A stretch of 62,173 nucleotides of DNA, the filler included, from Dirinaria sp. TL-2023a (lineage: Eukaryota): the NCBI GenBank assembly GCA_051941275.1. It is 9 parts of 9 records of this genome, joined end to end, with 100 filler letters (N's around TTAATTAATTAA, not from the genome) between each part and the next. Parts side by side here need not be neighbours in the genome. Positions count along the whole stretch, not along the records: positions 55,371 to 62,173 come from JAVEBF010001416.1; 8 more parts are not named here. One strand, written 5' to 3'. Below, piece after piece: positions 61,995 through 62,173 of the stretch. The translations under genes and the position numbers were made by a program. Below the pieces are notes generated by a model. It saw only the letters and a list, made by a program, of their open reading frames with translations. It made no database searches and was not told the origin of the DNA. The first letter of the stretch is position 1; each line of letters starts with the position of its first letter.

Positions 61995-62173
61995 ATGAGT
62001 TCAGCTGAGTCCAGCTGAGTCATTGGTGTGACGCAGATTGGGGACCCAGCGAGCTTCACATGCATCTTCCTGGTGTTTCCAATGTTTGTCAGAGGTACGG
62101 TAATTCATCTGATGAGTCCAACTGAGATATTTGGTGACGTGGACTGATGCTCCAGTAAGCTTCACATGCATTC
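61995..62173 (+). repeat. Degenerate tandem duplication, about 106-nt period
   Basis: GAGTCCARCTGAG...TGACG...AGCTTCACATGCAT occurs twice (GCTTCACATGCAT at 62053 and 62159). Confidence 0.65.

Overview
Fungal (Pezizomycotina-like ascomycete) genomic DNA with GT-AG introns and CTRAY branch sites. The window is not one locus. It is nine contigs of 6834, 6828, 6827, 6824, 6823, 6820, 6809, 6805 and 6803 bp, joined in descending size order by an artificial 100-nt N44-TTAATTAATTAA-N44 linker, so adjacency across linkers is meaningless. Housekeeping genes: Rsm1/C3HC zinc-finger protein, MET22, MRPL6, KAR5, SVP26 (exon 1 only), APC11, TUM1, a PIN-domain protein, a PLD-family enzyme, RRP4, a DUF1264 protein, an epoxide-hydrolase-like enzyme, SAL1 and cyclin C (SSN8). 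Accessory or defence-type content: an intact 7-exon NLR (HeLo-like, NACHT, ankyrin, ZZ finger), a stand-alone HeLo-like protein, a 6-Cys small secreted protein, a caspase-like pseudogene, a frameshifted Sel1/ankyrin gene, a pair of paralogous microproteins, several RIP-like decayed ORFs, a tRNA-Pro-like Pol III element, long hairpins and recurrent intergenic TACCTTA/TAAGGTA and TTAGGG motifs. Exon structures were read by eye; family assignments come from recalled motifs, not database searches.
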